From: a virus
Virus record (IMG/VR): IMGVR_UViG_3300015371_000002
Span: 1-64,000 of that record
Direction: 5' to 3' (one strand)
DNA: 64,000 nt
The notes under the pieces are model-generated. The model had not been told where the DNA came from. It searched no databases and worked only from the letters and a program-made list of their open reading frames with translations. How positions within the stretch are numbered: position 1 is the stretch's first letter; each line of letters begins with the position of its first letter. Of this stretch, positions 1-8,962 are shown one piece after another. Position numbers and translations under genes: made by a program.

Positions 1-136
1 AGGATAGAGACATGGATTGCGAGATAGTGAGCATAGCCAATATGTTTATTGGCCTAGCAATAGGCGTCGCAGCCTGTCTTGTCTTCGAATTTGTGCTCAG
101 AATATTCGAATAAACTCCACCGGAGTGAGGATATCC

Positions 137-481
137 ATGGGCGATGAAGCAACGACATTAAAGGCGTGGATAGAGATTATGGCAGATGGGGAGCCGGTTG
201 AGGCCGTTGTGATCGGCGAAATGGGTGGGGGAGGCTCTGGCTCTGAGAATGTGTCAGGATACGCTGAACAACCGCGAGGGCAGGTGCTATCCTGGGAACA
301 GGCGATACCTTGGATTAGCTATGAGTTTGATGATGGATACGGCGCACCAGGATGCAATGCGATTTGGGCTTGGACACCATCGTGGACGATAGGCATCAGC
401 AACTACGATGGCTCTACATCACCATTCCGTATACCTCGCAATCCAACGCCGGGTATGCCGGAAATGCCAGGCGGCGACTGA
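137..481 (+). CDS. small hypothetical phage accessory protein
   Basis: ORF track 17..481; ATG at 137 has GAGG SD upstream and a shared upstream motif. Confidence 0.65.
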   Translation: MGDEATTLKAWIEIMADGEPVEAVVIGEMGGGGSGSENVSGYAEQPRGQVLSWEQAIPWISYEFDDGYGAPGCNAIWAWTPSWTIGISNYDGSTSPFRIPRNPTPGMPEMPGGD

Positions 482-734
482 ATAAACTTCACCCCAGTTT
501 GAGGGGACGCACAGATGATGCGGGATTGCAGGATTGAGATTGGCGGCCTCAATGAGGCCGAGGCAAAATGCCTTAGCGAACTGCTTGGCGCTATCCTCCG
601 TGCCAACGGATATACCGGCAAGAAGATTGAGGTTTGGCAATTCTCTACTGAGCCATCTGAACGCGGCGTTAGCCGGCAAATTTTCCCCAGTATCCCAAAT
701 CCCCGGATGAGGACAGAGCCTATGCAGAAAATAG

Positions 735-759
735 CGGTATTATGTAGCAACGGCCACCA
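735..759 (+). repeat. left terminal inverted repeat of IS
   Basis: Reverse complement of 4420-4444; a second inverted core CCGTTGCTAC at 766-775 can pair with 744-753. Confidence 0.92.
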
Positions 760-868
760 AGCCGTCCGTTGCTACGGCTCCGCAAGTCCCGACCTCAGGA
801 GATGGTCGTATAGACGGTAGGTGCGTGCGATGAGCGCGCGGTTCTCAGATAGGCTCCGCCTCCCTCTC

Positions 869-1717
869 TTATCGAAGAAGAGCGTCATCGTTCTCTGGGC
901 GGTCCTCGGTTTTTGTCACAATACGCCTGTTGTAGGCAGTGTAAGTCACGCGCTTCCCCCGAGAGGAGGAGTCTGGCAGATCAAAGCCAAACCTGCTTTC
1001 AATCCGGTTCCCAAATACATCAAGGTAGACCAATCCTCCGTAAGCGATCAGCCGAATCTTCAAAAGAGCATCTATGCTACGACCCGCGTGGGGTATACCC
1101 GTGATTGTGAATGTGATCCGTTTTGTTTCGTCGGCGGGGACAATGCCCTGATGAAAGTCCCAATTAGTCATCCTCATGTCGGGTCTTTCTGGCGTGAGCC
1201 TTTCGTTAGAATGAATGGTTCCCCGTATATGAGAGAGCGTGGCGGGGGTGCGCCCATAGTTAGCGATCTGGATTTCAGCGGACGGAACGAATTGCTCTTC
1301 GTGCATCCATCCATCGCGTGGAGACCAGGATACGGTTCCGATGTCCACCACAAAGAGATAGGGCTGTTCAAGAGCGAGAAGACTCTCGGTCAGCTTAGTC
1401 TGGTTAGCCATAAGACTGACCAGTCCGCTGGTAGCCCACCAAAGTGTGCAGGTGAATCCGGCCACGAGGACCGTCGCGAGAGCAGTAATAGCACCGTCAT
1501 TCTCGCTAGCCGTGAGGCGAGCGCAAGCGACAGTAAGTTTCACTCTAGTAAAAGATTTGACGAGCAAGCCGACTTCTTCGTGAAGGGCGTGATAGGCCTC
1601 ATTGTTCTTGCTGTGGTGAATGCACTCCTTAAAAGATTCTGATGACCCGACTAACCAGAGAACCAGCACAGCAAACAGGACGCTGACTATTGATAGCCTC
1701 AATACGCCAGAGAACAT
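869..1717 (-). CDS. IS passenger: membrane protein of unknown function
   Basis: 282 aa, two hydrophobic segments (N-terminus; ITALATVLVAGFTCTLWWAT) followed by a soluble domain. Confidence 0.7.
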   Translation of the reverse strand: MFSGVLRLSIVSVLFAVLVLWLVGSSESFKECIHHSKNNEAYHALHEEVGLLVKSFTRVKLTVACARLTASENDGAITALATVLVAGFTCTLWWATSGLVSLMANQTKLTESLLALEQPYLFVVDIGTVSWSPRDGWMHEEQFVPSAEIQIANYGRTPATLSHIRGTIHSNERLTPERPDMRMTNWDFHQGIVPADETKRITFTITGIPHAGRSIDALLKIRLIAYGGLVYLDVFGNRIESRFGFDLPDSSSRGKRVTYTAYNRRIVTKTEDRPENDDALLR

Positions 1718-1721
1718 ACGC

Positions 1722-1964
1722 CTATATATCTCCTAGTTGAATGCCCTCCATTTCCAACGCTGCTAACGTTGCCAGCAAAAACGTGGCTGCGAAGGTTCCA
1801 CGCCGAAGCTTCGCCTTGATCGACGCTTCAGTCTCCCCGGAAAGACCATGCTCCTTCAGTCGTTCAGCAAGGTTGGCATACGTCAGCCCGGCACGTTTCA
1901 ACTCCGCTTTGACGAAGCGCGAGGCTCGCAATGCCAGTTCTTCCTCAGTCGCAGCCAATCCCAT
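1722..1964 (-). CDS. small HTH-like regulator (DUF6471-like), divergent from transposase
   Basis: VKAELKRAGLTYANLAERL...ETEASIKAKLRRGTFAATFLL, typical of the small proteins beside IS1595 transposases; likely ATG at 1964. Confidence 0.75.
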   Translation of the reverse strand: MGLAATEEELALRASRFVKAELKRAGLTYANLAERLKEHGLSGETEASIKAKLRRGTFAATFLLATLAALEMEGIQLGDI

Positions 1965-1992
1965 GAGTTCCGCCCCAGGACGGAAGGTATCA

Positions 1993-2061
1993 TATGCGCG
2001 TCTTTTGTGATTTGACAAGATCCCTGACGGCAGCTCATATACGCGCCATAGGACGCGCATA
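1993..2061. promoter_or_regulatory. divergent promoter region with inverted repeat
   Basis: TTGACA at 2012-2017; inverted pair TATGCGCGTC 1993-2002 and GACGCGCATA 2052-2061. Confidence 0.45.
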
Positions 2062-2069
2062 CGGACCCA

Positions 2070-3056
2070 ATGCCTCAACACTTCCTCTTGTCAGCAAAGG
2101 CCCGGTCGCTCTCTTTGAGCGCCGCCCTGCGCATGACGGATGAGGAAGCTGAAGCCGGGTTTATCAGCATTCGGTGGCACAAGACCGGCGGCAAACCTAT
2201 CTGCCCCCGCTGCGAATGCCCGACCGTCTACAACTGCCGCAAATCGCACGGCGCCTCACGCTGGCGGTGCAAGGCTTGCCGCAAGGATTTCAGCATCACC
2301 AGCGGCACCCTGTTTGCCTTCCATAAAATGCCATTGCGGAACTACCTCGCGGCCATCGCTATCTTCTGCAACGAGGTTAAGGGGAAGTCCGCTCTCGCTC
2401 TCTCCCGCGACCTGAACGTCCAATACAAGACGGCTTATGTCGTAGCGCACAAAATCCGTGAGGCAATGGCTTCTGAACTGAAGGGCATGCAACTCGGCGG
2501 GGAAGGCGAGACCGTAGAGATCGATGGCGGCTACTTCGGCGGATATGTGAAGCCGGCTAATTTCAAGGACAATCGCCGCGATCGGCGACTGGCCAAGAAC
2601 CAGTCGGGGAAGCGTCAGGTCGTCGTGGTGATGCGCGAGCGAGGTGGATATACCCTCCCCGCCGTATTCAAGTCGGAGTCAGCGGCCCTTGGATGGATCG
2701 CATCGCGGCTTGCCAAGGAAACACGTCTGATCGCCGATGAGGCGCCATCCTGGAATGACCTGCATGGGCGTTTCCGCGTGGACAGGATCGACCATGGACA
2801 AGCCTACAGTCTGCCTGGGGGTGTCTCCAGCAACGGAGCTGAGGAGTTTTTCAGCCGGATGCGCCGCGCCGAGATCGGCCATCATCACCATATCGCCGGT
2901 CCCTATCTGGTCCGCTACGCGCAGGAAGCGGCGTGGCGTGAGGACAGGCGGCGGGTGGACAACGGGCGGCAGGTCCAGGCTGTAATGGGATTGGCAATGC
3001 GCTGCGCTCCCAGCGTAGACTGGTGCGGCTACTGGCAGCGTGCTGCGCGGCACTAA
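2070..3056 (+). CDS. tnp: IS1595-family DDE transposase
   Basis: Zn ribbon CPRC...CKAC, FSITSGTLF, HKIREAM, VEIDGGYFGG, LIADE, NGAEEFFSRMRR. Confidence 0.95.
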   Translation: MPQHFLLSAKARSLSLSAALRMTDEEAEAGFISIRWHKTGGKPICPRCECPTVYNCRKSHGASRWRCKACRKDFSITSGTLFAFHKMPLRNYLAAIAIFCNEVKGKSALALSRDLNVQYKTAYVVAHKIREAMASELKGMQLGGEGETVEIDGGYFGGYVKPANFKDNRRDRRLAKNQSGKRQVVVVMRERGGYTLPAVFKSESAALGWIASRLAKETRLIADEAPSWNDLHGRFRVDRIDHGQAYSLPGGVSSNGAEEFFSRMRRAEIGHHHHIAGPYLVRYAQEAAWREDRRRVDNGRQVQAVMGLAMRCAPSVDWCGYWQRAARH

Positions 3057-3110
3057 TGGCGACGGGAAGCTGACTCCCGATGCTGCCGCTGGCGAATCGT
3101 TCTGACCTAG

Positions 3111-3131
3111 CCGTGTAGACCTTCTACACGG
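3111..3131. promoter_or_regulatory. perfect 9-bp inverted repeat (hairpin or operator)
   Basis: CCGTGTAGA-CCT-TCTACACGG just upstream of the passenger gene at 3145. Confidence 0.4.
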
Positions 3132-3144
3132 AAAGGGAAGACAC

Positions 3145-3924
3145 GTGAAGTTGCCTGGCGCTGCACAAAGCAGAGTTCTTAGGACTACGCTTGCTCTGGC
3201 GGGGGGTGCTTATGGGGGTTGGCTGATGGTTGAGGGACCATGGACCATAGCCGGAACGGTCATTGGGGCCTGCATTTTAGTCGCCACGCTTTTCCTGATA
3301 GTAACAACACTCATAGAGTGGGTCCGGCCGGGAAGGCGATTGAAAGCCCTTATAGCCGATCCGGCTGACGTTCAATTTCTAATTCCTTCTCGCGCACGAG
3401 GCTGTGACCACGCAATCCAGGACGAAAGGAATCATCTAGTCACCCAACTTATCCTACCTCCCAATTCAGATACTCTGGTCGAGATACGTATTGCTCCTCG
3501 ACATACGTTCGAGACCCATACGTTGCAATTTGGCACTCCTTATACCGAGGGCGATGAAGAAGGCTATGAGAGAAAGCCTAGAGCGCTAAGCTATCTTAAC
3601 CCATTCATTGCTGTAGGTGTGGACAGAGCCGGTGTTCCGGGAGAGACGCCGGGCCACAAGATCAATACGCACGGCTACTACCAATTAGAAATGCCGTGGT
3701 ATTGGAACCCGCAGACTATCCGAGTCATTGGTCTAAAAGTCAGGACTCGATCAAAGGGAACATACGAATGGCAAACTGTCTTAGCTGGGGCTGACTTTGT
3801 TGCTTTTAAGAAGCTGTCTATCGTCGTCACTAATCTACCACTCAGAATGAACTGTATAAACCCGGCCCATGAGGCTCACGATATACTACCGATTCTTAAC
3901 CGCCGGCCTTTACTCTCATGTTGA
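3145..3924 (+). CDS. IS passenger: two-TM membrane protein of unknown function
   Basis: 259 aa, GTG start with AAAGGG SD, two N-terminal TM helices, lower GC. Confidence 0.75.
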   Translation: MKLPGAAQSRVLRTTLALAGGAYGGWLMVEGPWTIAGTVIGACILVATLFLIVTTLIEWVRPGRRLKALIADPADVQFLIPSRARGCDHAIQDERNHLVTQLILPPNSDTLVEIRIAPRHTFETHTLQFGTPYTEGDEEGYERKPRALSYLNPFIAVGVDRAGVPGETPGHKINTHGYYQLEMPWYWNPQTIRVIGLKVRTRSKGTYEWQTVLAGADFVAFKKLSIVVTNLPLRMNCINPAHEAHDILPILNRRPLLSC

Positions 3925-3952
3925 AAGACCCGCCTTCGCCCCAACCCTCGGT

Positions 3953-4375
3953 TCATTGCCCCCCTAATTCTTTCTTTCTCTCATCCCCCACGCCGACGGT
4001 CCGCACCACTCCTCGCTTGCTGAGCGCCAGCAGCGCCGCCCGGAGCCGGCTCTTGGCCATCTTCCGAATTGCAGGGCTAGGTAGCTCGATCCCCTTGCTG
4101 GCTAGCACGCGGACAGCCAGCGCGGAGATTGCCAGCGGCTCGCCAGCCTCGCGCATGACCTCCAATGCCAGCCGCCTAATCTCTCCGCGCTTGAATACCG
4201 GGTTCGGACGCCGCGTCGGAGGTGGTATCCACAGCTCAGGCTCCAGGTCGTGGATCGCTGCTTCTATCGCCTCGCGTCGGCTCCGCTGAAAATCCAGCAT
4301 AGACTCAAGACGGGCGATGTTCTCATTACAGCGGACGCGTGACAGCCGAAGTCGCGCAAGGTATCGATTGCTCAT
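3953..4375 (-). CDS. IS-associated coiled-coil/winged-HTH-like protein
   Basis: 140 aa; FKRGEIRRLALEVMREAGEPL...LLALSKRGVV pattern; abuts right IR. Confidence 0.75.
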   Translation of the reverse strand: MSNRYLARLRLSRVRCNENIARLESMLDFQRSRREAIEAAIHDLEPELWIPPPTRRPNPVFKRGEIRRLALEVMREAGEPLAISALAVRVLASKGIELPSPAIRKMAKSRLRAALLALSKRGVVRTVGVGDERKKELGGQ

Positions 4376-4419
4376 GCCGCATATGGTATTAAATCAGAGG
4401 CACGACGCCTCGTATCTTG

Positions 4420-4444
4420 TGGTGCTCGTTGCTACATAATACCG
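4420..4444 (-). repeat. right terminal inverted repeat of IS
   Basis: Reverse complement of 735-759 with 2 mismatches, followed by TSD GAAAATAG. Confidence 0.92.
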
Positions 4445-4650
4445 GAAAATAGCCGACCTATCCATGATGCCAAAGCCGAGCGTCTATAGGCGCGATGATG
4501 GAATGACATACGTCAAGCTCAATGAGGCGTTCCACGTTCGTGCTGACCTTAAGACGGACGGGAGTATTGTCGGCGCCGGATCTGCCGAAACGCTCGACCC
4601 GGAAGAGCTTGTGGAAGTGATTAACTAGACCCCGGATGAGGTAGCGTGCC

Positions 4651-4845
4651 ATGCATAAGACTAAGCTGTTTCGAGACCTCAAGCCAGGGGATCGTATGGT
4701 CATAGAGGATAGTGGTGATATGGCTGTGGTCCTAGACCGCCCCCGTAAGGGGATGACATGGAGAATGTTGCACGTATCAATCCAGCTTCCGTCAGGACGA
4801 GGCTGGTGCGAGATGGCTCCGGACGCGGTCATATCCCTGGCATAA
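4651..4845 (+). CDS. small hypothetical protein
   Basis: 64 aa; preceded by CCCCGGATGAGG motif and SD. Confidence 0.65.
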   Translation: MHKTKLFRDLKPGDRMVIEDSGDMAVVLDRPRKGMTWRMLHVSIQLPSGRGWCEMAPDAVISLA

Positions 4846-4927
4846 CCCAAATGATTACGCGCTTCATCGCCGCCGACAGTGAGTGTCATTGCAGGCCGTA
4901 AACTTCACCCCGATCTAGGGAAGCGTC

Positions 4928-5077
4928 ATGCAGCAGGTAGATGTAATCTGGGTGTTCGTGGCATTCGTGGCCGGGGTGCTCGCGACCGGAGGTATTATAT
5001 GGTGGCGCGCAGTGCCGCTGGTTGATCGCTTCATCATGCGCCGACAGATGGCGTGGAGCCAAAAGCCGAGATTGTGA
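4928..5077 (+). CDS. small single-TM protein (not in ORF track)
   Basis: MQQVDVIWVFVAFVAGVLATGGIIWWRAVP...KPRL*, 49 aa; preceded by TAAACTTCACCCC motif. Confidence 0.55.
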   Translation: MQQVDVIWVFVAFVAGVLATGGIIWWRAVPLVDRFIMRRQMAWSQKPRL

Positions 5078-5100
5078 CGAAACCCCGGAGGAATACGGGC

Positions 5101-5238
5101 ATGCTTCTAACCATCGCCGGCTATGTATTGGATGCTGTAATGCTTGTCGCGGCAATAGCTCTGGCTGCCTCAGTCTTCGTTGTTAGGCCAAGCCACTTTC
5201 GCGCCAAACCCCCCCCCAAAGACGACAAGTGCCACTAA
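5101..5238 (+). CDS. small single-TM protein
   Basis: MLLTIAGYVLDAVMLVAAIALAASVFVV...; GGAGG SD. Confidence 0.55.
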   Translation: MLLTIAGYVLDAVMLVAAIALAASVFVVRPSHFRAKPPPKDDKCH

Positions 5239-5253
5239 GCCCCGGAGACGGAC

Positions 5254-5601
5254 ATGCATAAGTGCCAAATGGCTCTGCTGACCGCCGTGATAGCCGTTGC
5301 CAGCCTCTCAGGCACCGCAGAGGCCCGCAACGGTTATGGACCAGGATACTATGGCCCAGTGTATCGCGGCGCCCCGTATCGTGGCTGGGGCTACGGTTAC
5401 CGTGGGGGCTGGCATAACCACGGCCACTACAACTACTGGGCGGCACCGCTTGCCTTGGGGCTGGGCTCGCTCGCCCTGGGAGCGGCCCTGGCCGCGCCAT
5501 ATTACTATGCACCTCCGGCATACTACGCCCCTCCGCCCGCGTATTACCCCCCGCCGTATGGAGCTTTCTATGCCCCCTCTCCCTACTACTGGCGTTACTG
5601 A
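5254..5601 (+). CDS. secreted Gly/Tyr/Pro-rich protein
   Basis: Signal peptide ending AEA, GYGYRGGW tract, hydrophobic segment, YYAPPP repeats. Confidence 0.75.
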   Translation: MHKCQMALLTAVIAVASLSGTAEARNGYGPGYYGPVYRGAPYRGWGYGYRGGWHNHGHYNYWAAPLALGLGSLALGAALAAPYYYAPPAYYAPPPAYYPPPYGAFYAPSPYYWRY

Positions 5602-5793
5602 AATGAAGGACGATACGATCGTTGACCTGCCAACGTTGTGGCTTGGCTCCACATAAGCGATCAGCCAAAAAGTCCGGGCATCCAGCTAGAACGGCCACCA
5701 CGCCTTGGGGTAGTGTCTCAGTTTCCTAATTATCCCTTTGACAAACAGGGAGGGAATGTTTCCATGACCGAGCGTGACAGGCCGACTGAGGGG

Positions 5794-6560
5794 TCAGAAG
5801 AAATAGCGCTCAAAGATCTGGACGATGCGTTGCGTGAGATCGACCATCTCACGCAGGCGTGCAACAATGTCTTCTCCCTTCAGAACCTCAATGTCGCCGA
5901 ACGCTACGCTAATCACGGGCTTCGCGTCATACTCAATCTCCGTTCCAGGCGAACATCGCGCCAATACAATCTCATCTTCAAAAGCCTTGGGATAGATAAT
6001 CTCGATAATGGCATTAGGGGTGGAGGGGATGTTGGTGCTAACGGTGCGGCTGCCCCAGTGCGGTCCATTAAGGACGAACGGCACCAAGCGTGTGTGGGAG
6101 TCATCATTTCGAAGTCTATTGATAGCCCAGAGCAAGTTATTCCCTCCCTTGTATGGCTTGAGCCTGCGAATCAGCTTCTGAGCCGAGCCAGGGAGGTCCT
6201 TTACTTTTCGTTGTGTCGCGGGAAGTTCGAACTCCTTCAGGTCTCGGGCGAAGGGGAAATAGACCTAGCTTGCATTCTTGCCATTTGCAATTGCAAGGGA
6301 ACACGCGATATTGTCGAGAACGGAACGCAGATGGAACGCGACTTCACCGACCATGACTGGAAGCATCTCTGGGATAGGCGGGACCAAGAGTTTAACCGCC
6401 TCGTGAACGCCATCGGGCTCCGCCTCACGAACGATTATGTCAGAAGCGTGAAAAGCATCAACGGCGCGTTTGATATTCTCGACGTGCTCATTGGCCCGTG
6501 CGATCTTGATCTTGATCCCATGTAACGGATGCTTCTGCTTCTGCTTCTGTTCGGCACTCC
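5794..6560 (-). pseudogene. HEPN-like protein interrupted by one in-frame amber stop (start uncertain)
   Basis: ORFs 6265..6753 and 5794..6135 are in the same frame; reading through TAG 6265-6267 gives LRSVLD...*VYFPF...PYKGGNNLLWAINRLRNDDSH. Confidence 0.6.
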
Positions 6561-6637
6561 ATCGCGCTATGGGATAGCGAGTAACTCCGGACAGCAGGAA
6601 TATTATTCGAACAATAAAGCGTAGCGCTTGAGCCCAG

Positions 6638-6674
6638 AAACAAAAAGCGGCCCCATGGACATGCCACGGGGCCG
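6638..6674 (-). terminator. rho-independent terminator ending the late operon
   Basis: Minus strand CGGCCCCGTGG-CATGT-CCATGGGGCCG followed by CTTTTTGTTT. Confidence 0.8.
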
Positions 6675-6695
6675 GTATCGGATGGGTCTGGAGCT

Positions 6696-6890
6696 TTACC
6701 GAGACGCGAAGACAATCGCCCGTTGCTGCCAATAGGCATAGCGGATGCCGCATTCGAGAGCTAACGCCGGATGTGGCTTTTGGTTGGCCTGCGCGAGCAC
6801 GACCAGGCAGGCTTTCATGCCCCAGTAGGCGGCTTCGAGGTATTCCTCGTCGGAACAGTGCCTATCCACATCGGTCGACAGCACCATCAA
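6696..6890 (-). CDS. small hypothetical protein, last gene of late operon
   Basis: 64 aa, GGAGG SD, ends just before the terminator. Confidence 0.5.
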   Translation of the reverse strand: MMVLSTDVDRHCSDEEYLEAAYWGMKACLVVLAQANQKPHPALALECGIRYAYWQQRAIVFASR

Positions 6891-6899
6891 CCTCCGCGA

Positions 6900-7931
6900 T
6901 TACGGCATAAACACCGGCTGCCCCGGCAGGTCTCCGGTGCGGTTGGTGTCGTAGAGACTAATCGCGGTGATATAGTCTCGCATGCAACGATACAGCCGTT
7001 GAAGCTCGTCCGTGGTCATCTCCCGCATCACACTGTTGCGGTCGGGATAGGCGAAGGTGGACAGACCCAGCGGCAGGCCTTGTCCGGCGCCGATGCCAAG
7101 CGCCAGATTGGTAATCTGCTCGATGGTCACGTCGTCTAACGACCAGATCGTCGATAGGCTTGGATTGCTCTCGCACAGTATCATCATCCCCGCGTTGATT
7201 GCCGCTTGTGATTCTGGCTTGAGATACCGCGTGCCCTGGCTTGTGGGAGTGGTGATGAGTTGAGGGTTAGGCGGCCCAATGGTGGACAGCACTGCCATAA
7301 AACTCGGCGCCGCACCTGCCAATGTGGGATTGAGTTGCAACGCGTGCACGGCGGTATTGAACCAGCCGATAAAGCTGGTGATCTGCGCGCCTTGTGTCAT
7401 GCGCCAGGGCGACATGGCATCATAGCGTGGCCCGACAGCGTTATACGCCGAAGCCATCATCGGCGGCTGAAATCGTGTCTCGGTGATCGCCGCAAGCATA
7501 TGCTGAGCAGCGGCGGTGATTGCGGTGGCCGGGGTGGCAAGATAGCTCTCGAGCGTGGTCGCTCCGACAATCTGGGTGATGCGGTCCCAGCGCAAGCCAG
7601 TGCAGCCCGCATAGCAAAGCTCTGGTGTAGTCTCGAAGCTGTCGAAGCCATTGACATATTGCACATGGGTTGCGGCGGCAGCTGTGCCGTGCGTCTCCGA
7701 GATCAGGCAGATGGCGGCCACCAGTAGCTCGATCGGCACGGTTTCGGCAATCGCTACAGCGCGCAGGTCATCACCGAATGCGACAAATGCCTCATCGATC
7801 AACGTCTGCGTATTGAGGCGCGGGCCACTGCCGTCTTCGGTGATGCCGGAAGCGATATACGCCCAGGCAATTCCGTCGGCATAGCGATGGCCAGACGTCA
7901 GAGTGCCTTGGGCATCGGTCCAGGCGCTCAT
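6900..7931 (-). CDS. degenerate lytic-transglycosylase-like domain fused to a tail-fibre-assembly-like C-terminus
   Basis: VPIELLVAAICLISE...YAGCTGL...PPMMASAYNAVG pattern; ATGA overlap with the fibre gene. Confidence 0.55.
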   Translation of the reverse strand: MSAWTDAQGTLTSGHRYADGIAWAYIASGITEDGSGPRLNTQTLIDEAFVAFGDDLRAVAIAETVPIELLVAAICLISETHGTAAAATHVQYVNGFDSFETTPELCYAGCTGLRWDRITQIVGATTLESYLATPATAITAAAQHMLAAITETRFQPPMMASAYNAVGPRYDAMSPWRMTQGAQITSFIGWFNTAVHALQLNPTLAGAAPSFMAVLSTIGPPNPQLITTPTSQGTRYLKPESQAAINAGMMILCESNPSLSTIWSLDDVTIEQITNLALGIGAGQGLPLGLSTFAYPDRNSVMREMTTDELQRLYRCMRDYITAISLYDTNRTGDLPGQPVFMP

Positions 7932-8917
7932 CTGCCTTGGAACCCGGTATACATAATCTTGTCGCACACCAATGCTGGAGGGATATTCTCTTGACTTCCG
8001 GCGCCGGTGGAATTGATGGTCGGAGGAATCCCTGATCCTGGGGATGATTCTATGCCTGATAGGCTTGCGCTGACTGTAATGTTTGAGAACTCAGAGGTGG
8101 TTGCATTAAGCGCTGCGGGGATAAAATCCAAGGTCAAGGCAAGGCCTCCACCCACCGGCCCCACTCCTGGAGCTTGGAACATGCCATAGGCGGGAGTTCC
8201 GTGAAAGTGTTTCGGGTCAAGCACGGGATGTCCATGGCCCGGATCTGACCAATTAAGGGTATGGGTATGTATTGGCAGGCGATAATCGCCAATAGCCGCT
8301 CCGAGCACGTTTATGTTGACAATCGGCATCCTGCCCACGCCTGGGGCGCCGCCCATAAAAGCCCGCCCGACGGTGAACGATTCGCACACATTCGGCACCT
8401 TGAATGTTGCCGCATCGTTGGCGCCGTAGGTCACGCCTATCAAGGAAAACAGCGTGGGATATACCGTGCGAGATAGTGACGTGCCGTTCATATAGACCCA
8501 TCCCGCTGGCACAAAGTTTGGCACCCACCATTCGCAACTGGCGCCGATAGGCACACCAGCGCATTGCGGGTCTAACCACCCGGCCGCGTGCAGGATGCCA
8601 TCCCTGACATAGGTCATCGCCTCGCCGGGAATCTCGTTGTAGCAATCAACTGGGCCCTGAAAATTAAGCCGGGTGGCGGCGACAGGGTCCACAGTGCTAC
8701 CAATCACCCTATCGCGGCTAATCGACGGGGGCGGTCCGAGATGGAAAGTGCCAATCCCCCACTCAGCCTTTGTCCCGTCATCAAGGAAGTAAAATACCGG
8801 CGAACCGTCGCCATACACTTGCGCCCAGGTCAGTCGATCTGCCTGCCCCGAACCCAATAACACATTGGCGTTCGTTCCAGGCGCATTGCAGCGTTGGAGG
8901 ATATAGTTACGGATCAC
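7928..8917 (-). CDS. tail fibre protein with tail-collar domain
   Basis: GVPIGASCEW...PAGWVYMNGTSLSRTVYPTLFSLIGVTYGANDAATFKVPN collar motif; HTH/HGH repeats. Confidence 0.85.
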   Translation of the reverse strand: MIRNYILQRCNAPGTNANVLLGSGQADRLTWAQVYGDGSPVFYFLDDGTKAEWGIGTFHLGPPPSISRDRVIGSTVDPVAATRLNFQGPVDCYNEIPGEAMTYVRDGILHAAGWLDPQCAGVPIGASCEWWVPNFVPAGWVYMNGTSLSRTVYPTLFSLIGVTYGANDAATFKVPNVCESFTVGRAFMGGAPGVGRMPIVNINVLGAAIGDYRLPIHTHTLNWSDPGHGHPVLDPKHFHGTPAYGMFQAPGVGPVGGGLALTLDFIPAALNATTSEFSNITVSASLSGIESSPGSGIPPTINSTGAGSQENIPPALVCDKIMYTGFQGR

Positions 8918-8962
8918 GTGCGCTGGTGCTCCCGAATGGACTCAAGGGGGAATGCCGCGGTG

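Larger units (their letters stand above)
735..4444 (+). mobile_element. IS1595-family transporter IS (ISNha5-like group) with passenger genes
   Basis: IRs CGGTATTATGTAGCAACG at 735-752 and 4427-4444 (perfect 18 bp, 23/25 over 735-759 and 4420-4444); 8-bp TSD GAAAATAG at 727-734 and 4445-4452; CGGnnTT ends; internal IS1595 transposase. Confidence 0.93.
515..4628 (+). pseudogene. small accessory ORF split by IS insertion (515/722..734 joined to 4453..4628)
   Basis: Removing the IS and one TSD copy restores an open frame MQKIA|DLSMMPKPSVYRRDDG...EELVEVIN* ending at TAG 4626-4628. Confidence 0.75.

Noticed and set aside
821-1642. 273-aa plus-strand ORF
   Set aside because: Antisense shadow of 869..1717, which has the coherent membrane-protein architecture.
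5638-6525. Intact 295-aa plus-strand ORF
   Set aside because: No recognisable motifs; the opposite strand carries the family-like motifs. Not fully excluded.
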